From positions 1,054,001 through 1,118,000 of the forward strand of contig OY253671.1 in assembly GCA_958009085.1 (NCBI GenBank): a DNA stretch of 64,000 bases. Direction: 5' to 3'. The position numbers and the translations under genes are program-made. Below, piece by piece: positions 1 through 12,148 of this stretch (position 1 is its first letter; each line of letters opens with the position of its first letter). Source of the DNA: Protoeuglena noctilucae. Lineage: Eukaryota. Under the pieces are notes generated by a model. That model was given only the letters and a program-made list of their open reading frames with translations, did no database searches and was not told the origin of the DNA.

Positions 1-628
1 ACGGCTATGCACCCTTTTGCAAGGTAAGCGGGGTGCTGCTCCACAGCGGCTGTCCCCCTGTGGGGTGGGCAACGACGCGACGGCACTGTGCGACGCTTGC
101 CCGCAGCACATCTTCGTCCCCAACTTCGTGGGCGCCAAAGTCGGGGCTCTGCGAATTACGGCGTCCAACCGCAGCCTGCTGCGTAGCGGCTATCGGCGCC
201 GGCGGCCGGAGGAGCTCGCCGTCCTGAGCCGGTGGTTTGACCGAGCGGATGTGGAGCCTCCACTGGCCAAAATGCTCGACGTCATCCTCTACTCGCGAGA
301 GCAAATCCTCAAGGAGTACGAGGCGCTCCCCGCCGCCGACAAGTCGGGTCCCGCGGTGCCGGACGCCCCCTGGGGCATCATCTCCATCAAGGCCCAGGAC
401 GAGGACTACGAGACGCCGGTGACTGGCTGCGCTATCGAAGACGGCATGTATTAGGAATGCGCCGCGGCTCTCCAGGGTCCCTTGCGCGTCTCTCGCATGC
501 AGATGCAGCCCATCACGATCATGAGGAACTCGCTCGGCCGAGAGGAGGGCGGCAGCGGGGTGCCTCTGGACCGCGAGGCGTACGAAGCGTCCTGCGCGTT
601 TTGGGAAGAGCATGCCATCATTTCCTGA
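1..628 (+). CDS. DUF3228-family protein (flagellar-associated FAP151-like), 5'-partial
   Basis: Exons 1-23, 107-418 and 503-628 joined by GT-AG introns give GYAPFCK|HIFVPNF...LRSGYRRRRPEELAVLSRWF...LDVILYSREQI...WGIISIKAQDEDYETP|MQPITIMRNSLGREEGGSGVPLDREAYEASCAFW. These motifs are typical of DUF3228. Confidence 0.85.
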
Positions 629-1184
629 GCCTATCGCGTCACTGCGTCGCCAGGCTTTCGCGAGCTTGCGAAAGTCTTGTGACATTTAAGGGATTTATGC
701 GGAAGGCGACCAGGGATGACCTGGGCGGCCCGCTGTGGCCCGCTGTCGGGGATTCCGAGCAAGCCATCCCTCGAAATCGCTCGCAACGCGGTCCCGCACA
801 CGACCGCGCCCGACATTTCGCGCCGCGTGCCGATAAAAGGGCGAGATCCGCTTTTGTTTTCTGACACCCGGGAGATCCCGCGCCTCGGGGTGTCGTGGAG
901 CCATCGGGGCACGCGAATCGACTGTCGTTGCACCGATCGACGTCGGCAGTGACGCTCGCCTGCCGTGCGTCCCTCTCGCGAGCAGACGGCGGGCAACAAG
1001 ATCCACAGACCTTGGGCACTCGCCTGGCGCTACCTGCGCTGCATCAGAAGTGCGCAGCCGCCTGCGTGAGCGAGCGGGACGGCGCGGGGGGCCGGTGATG
1101 CGAAGGAGCGGGGAGTGGGCCTGAGGGCAGCGGCGTGAGCTGGCAGGTCCCAGGCCTGTGCCCGACCGCCCCAGCCCAGGCGAC

Positions 1185-4100
1185 ATGGAGGCGGGGGTCC
1201 CGCAGGTCCCAGAAGTCGACATCCCAGATGTCTACACCCTCAAGGTGCCATGGCCCAGCCGCGGAGGGCGCTGGCCCCGGTCTAGGAGGGGCACGGGCAT
1301 GGCTAGTCCAGCAGCACTGCCAGCCTGAGCCCCGCCATGGGTGCCGTCGCCTTCACCGCCAGCGCCGCCCGTGCGCAGAGGCAGCGAGCGCGCTGTTCAC
1401 GCGCTCCCGCGTGCCGCCTACCGCCGCAGGCCGACACCGAGCTCCCGCTTCGTCAGATTGACAACCTGGCCATCTTCCGTTCTCGGGAGGACGGCAGCAG
1501 GGAGATGTGCACGCTCGATGAGGCCCTGGAACTCGAGCCGCTTCGACTGGGGGGAGCGCGGCCGGGCGGTCGTGGGCGTGCCGCACAGCGCGAGGCCCCC
1601 CGGGTCTCCATGACCGGCGTGCTGCACTGCCTGGGAGAGGAGGAGGCGGGCCACCCACCCCTGAGAGTCGAGCTGGGGCCGCCGAGAGACTGGTGCATTG
1701 AGCACGACCAGCTGCCCTGCATTTGGATCGTTACCGACCACGGTGAGGGCGCGGCAGGGCCAGGGGGAGGGAAGCAGGGTGCCACAGGGTGCCGTGCGTG
1801 CATGAAACGCGCACGGCTCCGGCGTCCACGCAGGCTGGTACCGCGTTGCCAGGACGGACAGCGCCTTCTCGCGCAGCTGGTGGGCGACACAGCGCAAGTT
1901 TGACCTGGCGACCCGTGCGGCGCGAGGTGGGAGCCGTGCCCTTGCATGTTCGCGCTCGCCCCATGCAACCTGTGGCCGCTTGCTTCCCTGACCGGTTTCC
2001 ACTTAAATGCTTCCCTTGCTTGCAGCTGCCGAGGACTGCGCTCAATGGTCATGGGAGGACGCGGTACAGGCGAGCCTCGTGCCTGACCAAGTGGTGCCCG
2101 AGCTGGGGTCTGCGGAGAACACGTCCTTCGACAGCCAAGGCACCTACAGCCGGGTACGGCTGTGACCGCTCGCATCGCCTGGTGCACCTTTTCGGCAGCA
2201 CCTCTCCACCATGTGTCACACCTGTGCTGCCGTCGCCCTCACTCGCTTCTCAGCGTTGCCTTCCACGCCCGCAGACGGAGGTCCAAGAGGAGCTGTCGTT
2301 CATCTACTGGCAGCTCAAGGCACTCGCCGGCGCAGGCCGGTTTTGCCAAACCGTGTCCCAGGGCATCGCTGCCATGGACTCCCTGCCGGTGAGCTCGACT
2401 GCCAGGATTCAGTGTGGCTGCTGAGCATGGAATGGCCAATCTCGCTCACAGCGTCGACTGCGACCCAATCGCTCGAGGCTCATGCCACACGAACCCCAGC
2501 ACAAGAGGGACTGAGACCTATCCGCCGAAGGCCATAACACCGGTGCTGCTTTGCGTCCCCAGGCTCCCCCGGAGTCGCGCCTCGGGACCCAGGCAGAGCT
2601 GTACAGGGCCCCGACGGGCAGAGACACAGGGGCGCATCGGGCCCGCGAGTCGCCTCCTCGGGCGCGACCCTTCTCAGCAGACCTGAATGACGCACAGAGC
2701 CGGGGCCCGCCGCCACCGCTTCACCGGGCGTTCAAGAGCCCTCCCGAGCTCCGCGGAGACATTCTGGCCATCTGGGACCTGACGCAGTCGTTCGGGGCCT
2801 TGCTGGGCATCCCGCCCATGCCTCTGTGGCGCCTCGAGGCAGCGCTGTGCCAGGAGACGTCGTGGCTGTCGCCGCCGGAACGCAGCACGGGGTGAGTTGA
2901 GCCGCAGCAGCCCCCACAACAACACCGGCGAGAGAGTCGCCAGCCCCGGCGTGTGACTGCGTTGGGCCGACACGCTCCCTGCCCTTTGCTGTCGCCCGCA
3001 GTGGCCCGGCCCCAGAGCGGCCTGGGCATGACGAGCACTCAACGTGGGAGATGGAAATGGAGAGGGCCAATCTCCTGCAGATGGCGCCCTTGGACCTCTT
3101 GCAGAAGCGCCTGCGCCAGGAAGCGGGGGGCGCGGACGCGACTGTCACCCTGGCGCACAACAGGTGAGTCAGAGAGCGGAGACCGCCTGTGGCGTGGCAG
3201 CGGTCGCTGGGTGTGACTATAGGAGGAGACGTGTACGTCATATTGTGGTGCTTGCGGCCTTGTACGCAATCCCGCATTTAACTCCCCGCAGACCCGACTG
3301 GGACGCCGGGGGTGACCCTGCCTCCGCCGACCCGCCCGGCGCATCGACGTTCGCCCTGGGGGCCTGGGGCCACGACGCCATGGCCAACGCGGCCGTGCTC
3401 AGCGACGTCCATGCGGGCCTCCTCCGCGTGATGGACCTTCCCGAGGACGCCATCTCAGCCATGCCGCCACGGGTGCGTGCTCACGCGCAATCGGCACACC
3501 CGGCAGCGGAGCCCGCAACTGCCCGCTAGCTCCGGTGACTTGCCGCAACCGAGGTCGCGATGCTGGCACTGCTGACTCGCTGCCGCCCGGCCCCTCTCGC
3601 AGCCCAATTGCCACCGTGCCGTGGGCCCACCCCAGTCGCTGTGGGTGACGGGAGTCATTGCTGCGGTTGGGAGCGCGCCCACGGAGCTCGTCAGCAAAGA
3701 GGCGTACGAAGCCCTGCGCGAGCTCCAAACCAAGGTGGGCGGGTTGCAACATGCTCGTCGCCTCCAGCACTGCCCCCTTCGCTATCCAGCTGGCGGGGTC
3801 GACGTATGGGCTCTTGCCATTCCATGGCTGAGCCTGTTGCTCCTCTCGCAGGACTACTTCTTCCTGTCGAGCGCGGCGCGCGTGGCATTACTCAAAGCAC
3901 TGGCCGACGTGGCCGTCATGTCTCCAGCCTTCCGGCGAGCGCTGCAGGCGCGGACTGAGGATAAGAGCGCCATGCCAACCACCCCCGACCTGCAGGCGAG
4001 CGATCGTCGATGCTGCGACGGTGGTGGCGCGACGTGCATGGCGTCATCATCTGGCCTCAACCCATGTCTTTGAACCAGCTGACCCACCATGCTCGCGCGT

Positions 4101-7100
4101 GCCCCCCGCAGCCCCCGGCACGCGCCCAGGAGGCCTCCTCCCACGTCATCGGCGCACCTGCGCCCTCCCCCGTCATCGAGGGCCTCCCTGCAACGTGGAG
4201 ACAGGGCCACGCAGCTGGCTCCTCCGTGAGCCCGACCCTCCCCGTGCTTCCCGAGCACGCCCCTGCGCTCGTGCTCGCGACGCCAAAGGACCCAGAGCAC
4301 GTCCCGGTCGGCGCAGTCCACGCTCCGCTCGACGCCTGGGCCGTCCGGGCCCTGGAGCTGGGGGCGGGTGCCAACCGGCCCCTGGGGTCGGATTTCTTTG
4401 GCAGGCGCTTCTGGGCCCTCGGCGCGACCACGGGCGTTACGCGCGTGTACGTGGAGAACCCCAGCATGGGGTCCTGGGGCTGGTACGAGGCACATGAGTT
4501 GGCGGAGGTGGCGCTGTGGGTTCGACGGGGTGGCATCGCTGGGGAGGCGAGGCTGGCCGAGGCCCTGGACGCCCTGGCCTCGGCGGCGCGCGAGGCGAGC
4601 GTGCTGCGGGGCCCCGCGGGTGGCAGCGCCTCCGAGAGTGCCTGGGAGGCCGAGCGCGGTGGCGGGTCGGCGCACGGCGCACCGTCGCACGGCCCTGGGG
4701 TCGCCCTGGGTCTCATGCCTGCTGCGCATGTGGCTACGGACAGCGAGACGGGAGCCGTCGCGGGGTATCGGACGTCGGAAGAGGATGCGGACCGTTTCAA
4801 GCGCCCTGGGCGAGCGTCGCTGGAGATGTCTGGGCGCGACGGCTATGAGGGAGTGGTCTGCCCCTTCCTCTGGGGCTGCTGGGAGTCTGACGTCTGCGAC
4901 CTGACCCAGGTGAGCTGGCTACCGAGGGTTGGGTGTCAACCCCAGGGACCGTAGCCGGCCACGGCACGTGCCTGTGCTGCGCCCGTGAGCAACAAAGATC
5001 CTGTATCGCGCAGGCCTATCGTGCAGATGACGGCCGGCTTCCCCCGTGCCCGCAGCCGCCCCTGCGTACGCTCCAGTCGGCGCTGGGTGCCACACTCGCG
5101 GCGCTGCCGTTCTGGGAGCAGGACGCGGCCCTCGGCTCGCGCGTCGTGGAGATCGCAAACCAGTGCGCAGCCATGCTGCGAGAGCTGGGCGAGAGGGGGA
5201 TGCTGGAGGTGACTGCTGGAGTTGTGGAGCTTGGCCTGATTGTCGGCATGTGCGCCAAACAGACCCATCTATGTATGTTACCCGTGCACCCGCAGGCGCC
5301 CCCCGCCGCCCTCACCGCCCTGGCAGAGTCCCTCGCCTCCACCCACCACCTGTCGCCCTCCTTTGCGGCAATTCACCGCGCCTGGTCCGCCCACGCCTCG
5401 GCGGTTCGGACGACCGAGGACGCCCTCCGCTCGCTCCTGGTCCTCCAGCACTACGTCTCGGTCCCCGAGCTCATCCGAAGGGACGTGTTCCTGGCGCTGG
5501 GCGCGGAGAGCCAGGGGGCCCGCTACTGCCCCGGCCCGGGCGACCAGGTCGCCGTCGCCATCACCGGGGCCGCGGCGCACGTGGCGCACTTCCTGGACAA
5601 CATCCCCGCGGGGCATGCCCTGCTGCGGCGCCTGCAGGACATGCTCCAAGCGGGGGAGTACGCCGGCATCTACCGTGTGGCCTTGGTCGCCTTCTACGGT
5701 GGCCTCAAGAGCGGGAACATCCTCACGGACAGGCGAGCTGCAAAAGGCATTTGGAAAAGCTGCCCTCGGTTCCGATGCCGCGCTATGACGTCCTCTTACA
5801 CGATGCTGGGTTAGGCACCGTGCTTTGCGTGCGCTAACCATGCTCGTGTCCTTGTGGTTTCTCCTGACCGAGCGGCTCCTGTCAACTACTGCTGCGCAGA
5901 CCCCCAGGCCGGCCCCAGCGCCTCGACAACTGCGACGGCCTCGGCCCTTTGGCCCTCCTGGGCGGTGGCTTGTATGGCTTCCCTGCGTGCTGGGTTTTGC
6001 TGCAGCCCTTGGAGCACATCCAAGCGCCGCCCCTGGCGCTGCCCATCCACATCGGCGGGCCTGGTCCGGACTTCCTCGTGCGCAAGGGCATCTTCTCCGC
6101 GTCGATGCGGGTGCCCTACGCGCCGGGGGACGCCGTCCGCCTGAGGGTGCTGCCCGTGCCCGGGAAGGGCCTCACGTGGATTGCGGGCAGGGTGGTATCC
6201 GCCCGGCCGGGCATCCGCAGGCAGAGCTCGGGGACGCCCCGGGGGGCGTCGGAGGCAGCGGGTGCGGCGGGGAGAGGAGAGGGAGAGGACCGGGGGCATG
6301 CGGTGGAGGGAGGCGCTGGGAAGGATTCATCCTACGTAGAGCGGGGGGTGCGAAAGCGGGTGGCGGAGGGCGAGGGAGTTGGCCGCGGTGCGGGTGTGGG
6401 TTTGCGTGCGGAGGCAGACGCCAAGCGGTCACGGGGCGGGGCAGAACGGACGACGAGCGTGGCCGAGTCGCCGTCATGGGCGGGGGATCCGCTGCGGGCA
6501 GTGCTGGGTTCGGGAGTGGGAGTGGGGCCGAGTTATGCGTCCGCCGTGGCGCTGCGGGGCATAGACGCCGCGTCGCATGAGCCCGCGGGGGCAGGGGCAG
6601 TTGCGGCAGCGCCCGTGCCGATGGCGGGTCTCACTCCCACCTCTGGGAGCCTCGGGGAGCTGGGGGAGGCGAGGGGCGTGGAAGGGTCTCCTGGGGCATC
6701 GAGCGGGTCGACGGAGGGTGCAGGACCGAGCGAGAGGAGGGCTGCGGTGGCCGCCGACCCGTGGCTCAGTCTGGGTGAGAGGCGAGATTGGTAGAGATAT
6801 TGCTTGGGCTAAGGGAGATGCTGGGCTTACCCGTAGCCAGACATGGTGCCAATGCCCCTCTGCGCAGAGGTGGAGTGGGAGGCGGGTGACAGCCGGTCGC
6901 GATCGGCCCCGACTCAGGTGTGCCCCTGGGACGTCGAGCCAGGGCACGACGCAGCCGGGACGGGCACGACCGCACGGGGCCACGCGCAGGCCATGAACCG
7001 GGGCCTCTCGGCGCTGCTGGCGGCGAAGCGGGCCGCCGCGGAGGGCCCGGACACCCCAGGCCCTTACCCAGGCCACGCGCCCACGAGGGTCGTGCCACGC

Positions 7101-8666
7101 CCGGTGGCCCCGGCGGCCGTGGCCCAGATCGGGGCGCTGTTCGGGGCCCAGGGTCCCGGCACGGCGGCCCCGTCCCTGCCCGCCGCGTTCGCCAACGCCA
7201 TCGCCGAGCACCCCTGCGCGCGTGTGAGCGACGCGGTGCTGGCCACGATCGGCAGCCGCGACCGCTTCCTCGACCTCCTGTCGTCCTACCACCGGTGGCA
7301 CGGCCTGCGCCTCAAGGTCCCCACATTTGCGTACGCCGAGCTCGACCTGTGGACCGTATTTGTGGAGGTGGCGCGTAGGGGTGGCTACGCGGCCGTCACC
7401 AACAGCAAGGCGAGCGACGTGGCATGCCAGTGCCTGCATGCGTGGTGGGCCTATCTTGAGCTGATTTCGAAACTAATGGTGCTTGGCCAACGTCGCAGAT
7501 GTGGAAGGCGGTGTGCGACAAGCTCCGCCTCGATTTGCGCGGCCAGACGAGCGCCAGCTACTCGATGCGCAACAACTACGAGCGGTGCCTGCTGCCCTTC
7601 GAGAACCACCTCATCCGCAATGACCTCGAGGGCCTAACCAACTTCCCACACACCCCCAGGCGAGCAAGGGCCAGCCCTCCAATGTGCTCACCCTCGCCAC
7701 TCCACTGTGGCTCACCTGCGGCTCACAATCGATAGTCATACGTATCGTCTAGCTCTCGGCGTGCCTCGCAGTTTCCATGCCCAGACCCCCGCGGCGATCT
7801 TGGACCCCCACACGTCCGAGGGAGATGCGGTGATCGCTGCCAGGGAGGCACGCAAGGGACCCCCCAAAGAGGACGCACCCGGCCTCGCGAGGCGGTACCC
7901 GAAGCTCGCGCAGTTCGGCACGACATTCCTCGCGATGAAGGTACGAGCGCCAGCATAACGCACTTTGCCACCACTGCTGCAACCGGCACCTGCCACCGAC
8001 CCATTCCCTTGCGCCAGCTGCGCTGCAATCGCACCCCCCGCGCACCTTTGCTCGGCCTGCGTCGCATGCTGACCAGCCTGCGCCCCGACTGCCCCCGCAG
8101 GACTTCCACGAGTCGCCGACCATTGGGGCCGACCTGGTCTCCATGGGCCGGCACCTGGTGGGGTACCTTCTGTGGCGGTTCTGGGAAGACTTCGAGCAGT
8201 GGTTTCCTGCCGTCATCGCCGACTTCAACTACGAGACCGGGGAGCATCTGCTCGTGTACGACGTCGGGTCAGAGGTGCGTTTGGTACTGTGACGTCAACA
8301 TCAGGGTAGCTTCTCGATGCTCGTGGGGTTAGGTGCCGTGAGCTGGCGGGCCAGACGATGAGGGTTGGCATGTCGCGCTCAGAGACCGTGCACTGCGCAT
8401 GCCTTCGCTCGGCATGACTGTGCGTTCATGCCGCCCTGCCGCAGGAGGAGTCGATGGAGTGGGCCGACCTGCGGGAGTTCAAACTGGACGAGCTGCGGTG
8501 CCTGAAACCGCGCAGCGCCTCGTCCCCGATGCCGCCCCGGGTGTCGGTGGTGGCGGGGCCGGTGCCGCCGGCGGACGAGGACGCGCCACGGCCGCAGGGC
8601 CGAGCGACGCGCATGCAGCTCCGGCGCCGGCAGGGCGACGGGGACGGGGAGGACGAGCTGGAGTGA
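1185..8666 (+). CDS. Large multi-exon chromatin protein: RFTS(DNMT1-RFD)-DDT-WHIM1-WSD-BRWD/PHIP-like Tudor-ARID-Agenet/Tudor
   Basis: RFTS-like ~1440-1925 (LPLRQIDNLAIF...RVELGPPRDWCIE...IWIVTDH|GWYRV...KFDLA). DDT ~2750-3435 (GDILAIWDLTQSFGALLGIPPMPLWRLEAAL...LSDVHAGLLR). WHIM1 ~3852-3945 (YFFLSSAARVALLKALAD). WSD ~4370-4540 (RPLGSDFFGRRFWALG...VYVE...WGWY). BRWD-type Tudor ~5520-6950. ARID ~7255-7615 (LDLWTVFVEVARRGGYAAVTNSK|MWKAVCDKL...ASYSMRNNYERCLLPFE). Agenet-like ~8120-8500 (LVGYLLWRFWEDFEQWFPAVIADFNYETGEHLLVYD). Start codon uncertain. Confidence 0.75.
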
Positions 8667-9066
8667 GGGCCGTCAGAACCCGAAGGGGCTTTCTTTCCAC
8701 CACACCCCAGACGTTTTCCAAGAGTTTTGGGTAGTTAGTTCCCACTGCGTTCGTGCCACGGCCACCGCTGGCCTGCCCTTCCCTGCTTTCCCTTTCCTGT
8801 TCCATCTCAGCAGCGCAGTGGCGGCGGCATGGCGACGGCATGCGGCGTGAGATTTCACTCAAGCAACACACTTGCCACCACACGCGACACGTTGCACACC
8901 CTCGCCTCATCACAACTCCAGCGGCATTTGAAGAGCAGCGTGCGTGCACTGCACAGGTGTCCCTGTGCAGGGCGCTGAGGCAGCAATCACGTCGCCAGCT
9001 GTTCTATCACGCATGCCACAAGGTTCAGGTCGCACGCAGCGTTGCGCCGCCATACACAGCGGCACG

Positions 9067-10497
9067 TCACAGCTGCATGAGCTTCAGCGTGTCCTGGACC
9101 TGCTCTGCGTTCACCTCCATGGCCTGCACGATGGCCTCGTCCTCCATCACACGCGCGGCCCTGCAGCCGCACGCAGAGAGCTTTCTTCGAGACGCTTTCG
9201 ACGCTCTCCGCGAAGGCGATCCCATCGCGCGCCCCTCACCGCTCGGCCTCCAGCTCGACCCGGATGGCCCGCAGCTCGTCCATCACCGCCTGCTCAAATG
9301 CCTCGGCGTCCTGTGCCCGGGCCGCAATGGCGTCCTTCAGCTCCTGCTCCACCCTGCGCACCGCCCCGTCCCTGGCCGACTTGTCCGCCTCCCATGCGTC
9401 GAACACGCGGCGCATGTCGCCGGACACCTGGAAGGACGGGCAGCCTGCTGGCACTTGGCACACGGAGCTGAGGCTGCCGCAAAGGGCCTTCCTGTGGCAC
9501 TCGCGTGTCACAGAAAGCGTCGACATCGCCGCATCCATCCGCCATGCTGCTCCCCACTCGCCTTCTCTGCGACGCGGTTCTCGCTCTCCAGCCTCTGCAC
9601 CCGCTCCTCCTCCACCCGCCTCCCCAGCGCCTCGACACGCTCCAGCACGGCGCGTGCAAGGACCTGGCCCTCTGCGCGTCTCGTTTCTCCCTCGCGTTTG
9701 ACGGACGCCGAGACGGTGGCCAGCTCCCGGTGCAGCGAATCTAGCGCCTCCTTCACGTTGGCCTGGAGGTCCATCAGGCGCGCCTCCAAACGCTCCGCCA
9801 CTTGCCCAGTCCGCTTCTCCACCAAAGCACGCAGCTTCTGGTCCTCGTTCTCTCGGCGCTGCGCGGCGGGGGGCGGGGGGCGGGCGATGCATCAGGACCC
9901 TCTCACGTGGCCCGGACGAGGTCCGGAGGTGCCGGCGGCCACGAGCGGGCCTCTTTGCCCCTGGTGACCGCGTCCCCGCCGAGGTGTTCGCACGGACCTT
10001 GCTCTCAGACAGTATCTCCGCCTCCAATTTCAGCACCATCTCCTGGAGATGCTGCTGCTTCTCGGCCTCGTGTTGGCGCCTGTGGCGGACGTCCTCGTGC
10101 AGGGCTTTGTTGAAAGCCTCGAGCCTGTCGGCCATCGCTGCGAGCTGAGCGGAGGACTTCCTGCGCGGGGAGGCGGACGGGGTTTGCTGGGAGGGGCGCG
10201 CGGAGCCAGGGCATCGTGTGGATGGAGCTGCATCGCAAAGGCCAGTGTGGGGCCCGACGATCCCGTCCGGGCGTCCCCGGGCAGCGATCGACAATTGGTG
10301 ACCGCATATGCAGGGCACACGTGGTCCGGCAGGAAAAGCGGCCACCGATGCGAGCGTCCGCACCTCCGGTGTTGAGACGTCAGGGGATTGACGTGGGAAG
10401 CCGATGCTGGCCTGTTGCTGCTCGAGGGCGCCAGCTCCCCATACCGGTATCCCTCCTGGTCCCCGACGGGAGGGGCGAACGGCCGGACCGAGTCCAT
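9067..10497 (-). CDS. SF-assemblin/beta-giardin-like coiled-coil protein
   Basis: Ser/Pro-rich head followed by coiled coil (MADRLEAFNKALHEDVRHRRQHE...LEAEILSESK). C-terminus DELRAIRVELEAER|AARVMEDEAIVQAMEVNAEQVQDTLKLMQL* resembles the SF-assemblin tail. 5' end uncertain. Confidence 0.7.
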
Positions 10498-10869
10498 CGG
10501 GCTCAGTGTTGGCGACAGCTCGCGTTTGAAAAGTTTGAGCTTCGTTCAGGAGCCACGGCCTTTGGAACACCATGCAGGCGTCAGTTTCGCGCAGACAGAC
10601 CCGCAGACCCGCGTGGCGCGTGATAGAAGGCAGGTAGAACCCATGGCATGACAGCTGCCGTGCGTGTCTGGCGTCGACCCAGGTTGAAACGCGGCCGATG
10701 GAGCATTTGTCACAATCACGACGTTCTCTCACATGACTACGACTTCCCAGACGATCCTGTGCTTGCGGCAGCCGTGACAAGCTCTGTTTTGGCCGTCCAA
10801 ACCGCGGCGCCGTAGCCCACTCGCGCCTCGTCGCCTCGCGTGGGCCCGGGCGGCCGGGACCACTCTGCC

Positions 10870-12010
10870 ATGTCAGTTACGTGCTCCGCGTCCTGGTGGG
10901 CCGCGCTCCCCACGTGTCGCTGTTCAACGCGGCGCTGGACTGCATCGAGGCCGCAGCCGAGGCCCTTGCGCGCAATGTCGGGCAGGGAAGTGCCCGGTGA
11001 CGAAATTCCCGTGTACTTTGGAAGGAAGAGCAAGACGTGGCTGAAAATGCGCGCCGACTTCTGCAAGGACCTCGCGACGGCGATGGGGTGACGGCAGGCA
11101 GCGGGTGCTGCCGCGTGTATGCCGGCCGTCCTGCCTGTTGAGGCGTAGCTTCGCATCGCATTAAGCCACTCGCGATCGATGCACGGCTCCCCGGCGCGTG
11201 TTCCGCAGGAAGCTGCCGGAGACGCAGGTGGACGCGGTGGTGCCGCTGCTGCGCGAGGACATGCAGGCGTCTCTGAGGACGATTCGGTCCCTGGATGCAC
11301 GCAACAGAGGGCGTTTCCGAGAAGAGAATAACCTGGCCGGGATGCTGAGGCGCGTGAGCCGCTCCAGCCTTGCATGCATGGGTCCCGAGCGCTTGCAGCA
11401 CTGCGCGCTCGCGAGCACCGCATGCCGCGCTGCTCTCCTCAGGACCCTGAAGGCCGAGGAGCTCGAGGAGATCCACGCGGTGGTCGCGAAGGGGTCCGTG
11501 GGGTCGGCGAACGCGGCGGACGAGCGGGTGGAGGCCCTGGCGCTCGAATGGCGAGAGGCGCTCATCCGCGGCGACTCGGAGGCGACCACGCGGGTGATGG
11601 GCCTGGCGGTGGAGATGGTGCAGGCGCCGGGGGAGCTGCAGCAGCTGGTGCGCACCGCGCAGGCGGACCGATCCCAGGCCGCGTTCTTCGCTGGGGCGGC
11701 GGAGGATGCGGACAGGGAGACCTCCCCAGCGGAGAGCACCTCCTCCGAGGACGATCGGGACACGCAAGTGCTCGACGAGTTCACGGGCATCTTGTCCCGC
11801 ATCAAGGAAGTGCGGCTGCACAAGGCTCGCCGGGTGAGGAGCGCCCCTGCATTGCGCGCCGTGCTTTGTTTCAGCGCACCACGTGGACGCCGGCAGCTTC
11901 AGTGGTGGCTTTGACGCCCGCAGGTGAAGGGCAAGGGTGGGCGCAAACTCCTCCAGGCGCTAAGACCGATTGCCGAGCACTGGCTGGCACGCAAGGACCC
12001 CGTGGAGTGA
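10870..12010 (+). CDS. YjgA/DarP (DUF615) ribosome-biogenesis-factor-like protein with probable organellar transit peptide
   Basis: R/S-rich N-terminus, then RKSKTWLKMRADFCKDLATAMG|KLP...RGRFREENNLAGMLR...ALEWREALIRGD...ELQQLVRTAQ...|GGRKLLQALRP. This parallels YjgA SKSQRKR...RRRQ.YIGKLMR...EQWRDRL...LRQLIR...RELF. Introns 11088-11208, 11350-11442 and 11834-11923. Confidence 0.65.
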
Positions 12011-12148
12011 CTGTTCATGGGTCGGGGCATATCGGGATCGAAATAGCTTCATTGAACGGATTAGACTAGCTCCCGACAGTGATCGCCATCGTGGCTTGTG
12101 CGCATCCCAGACACAGCGGACGCAAACGCCCACGCCGCCCGTGGCTGG

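Noticed and set aside
2070..2075. CAG|GCGAGC as an additional GC donor
   Set aside because: The frame reads through to a phase-compatible GT donor at ~2154, so no GC intron is required.
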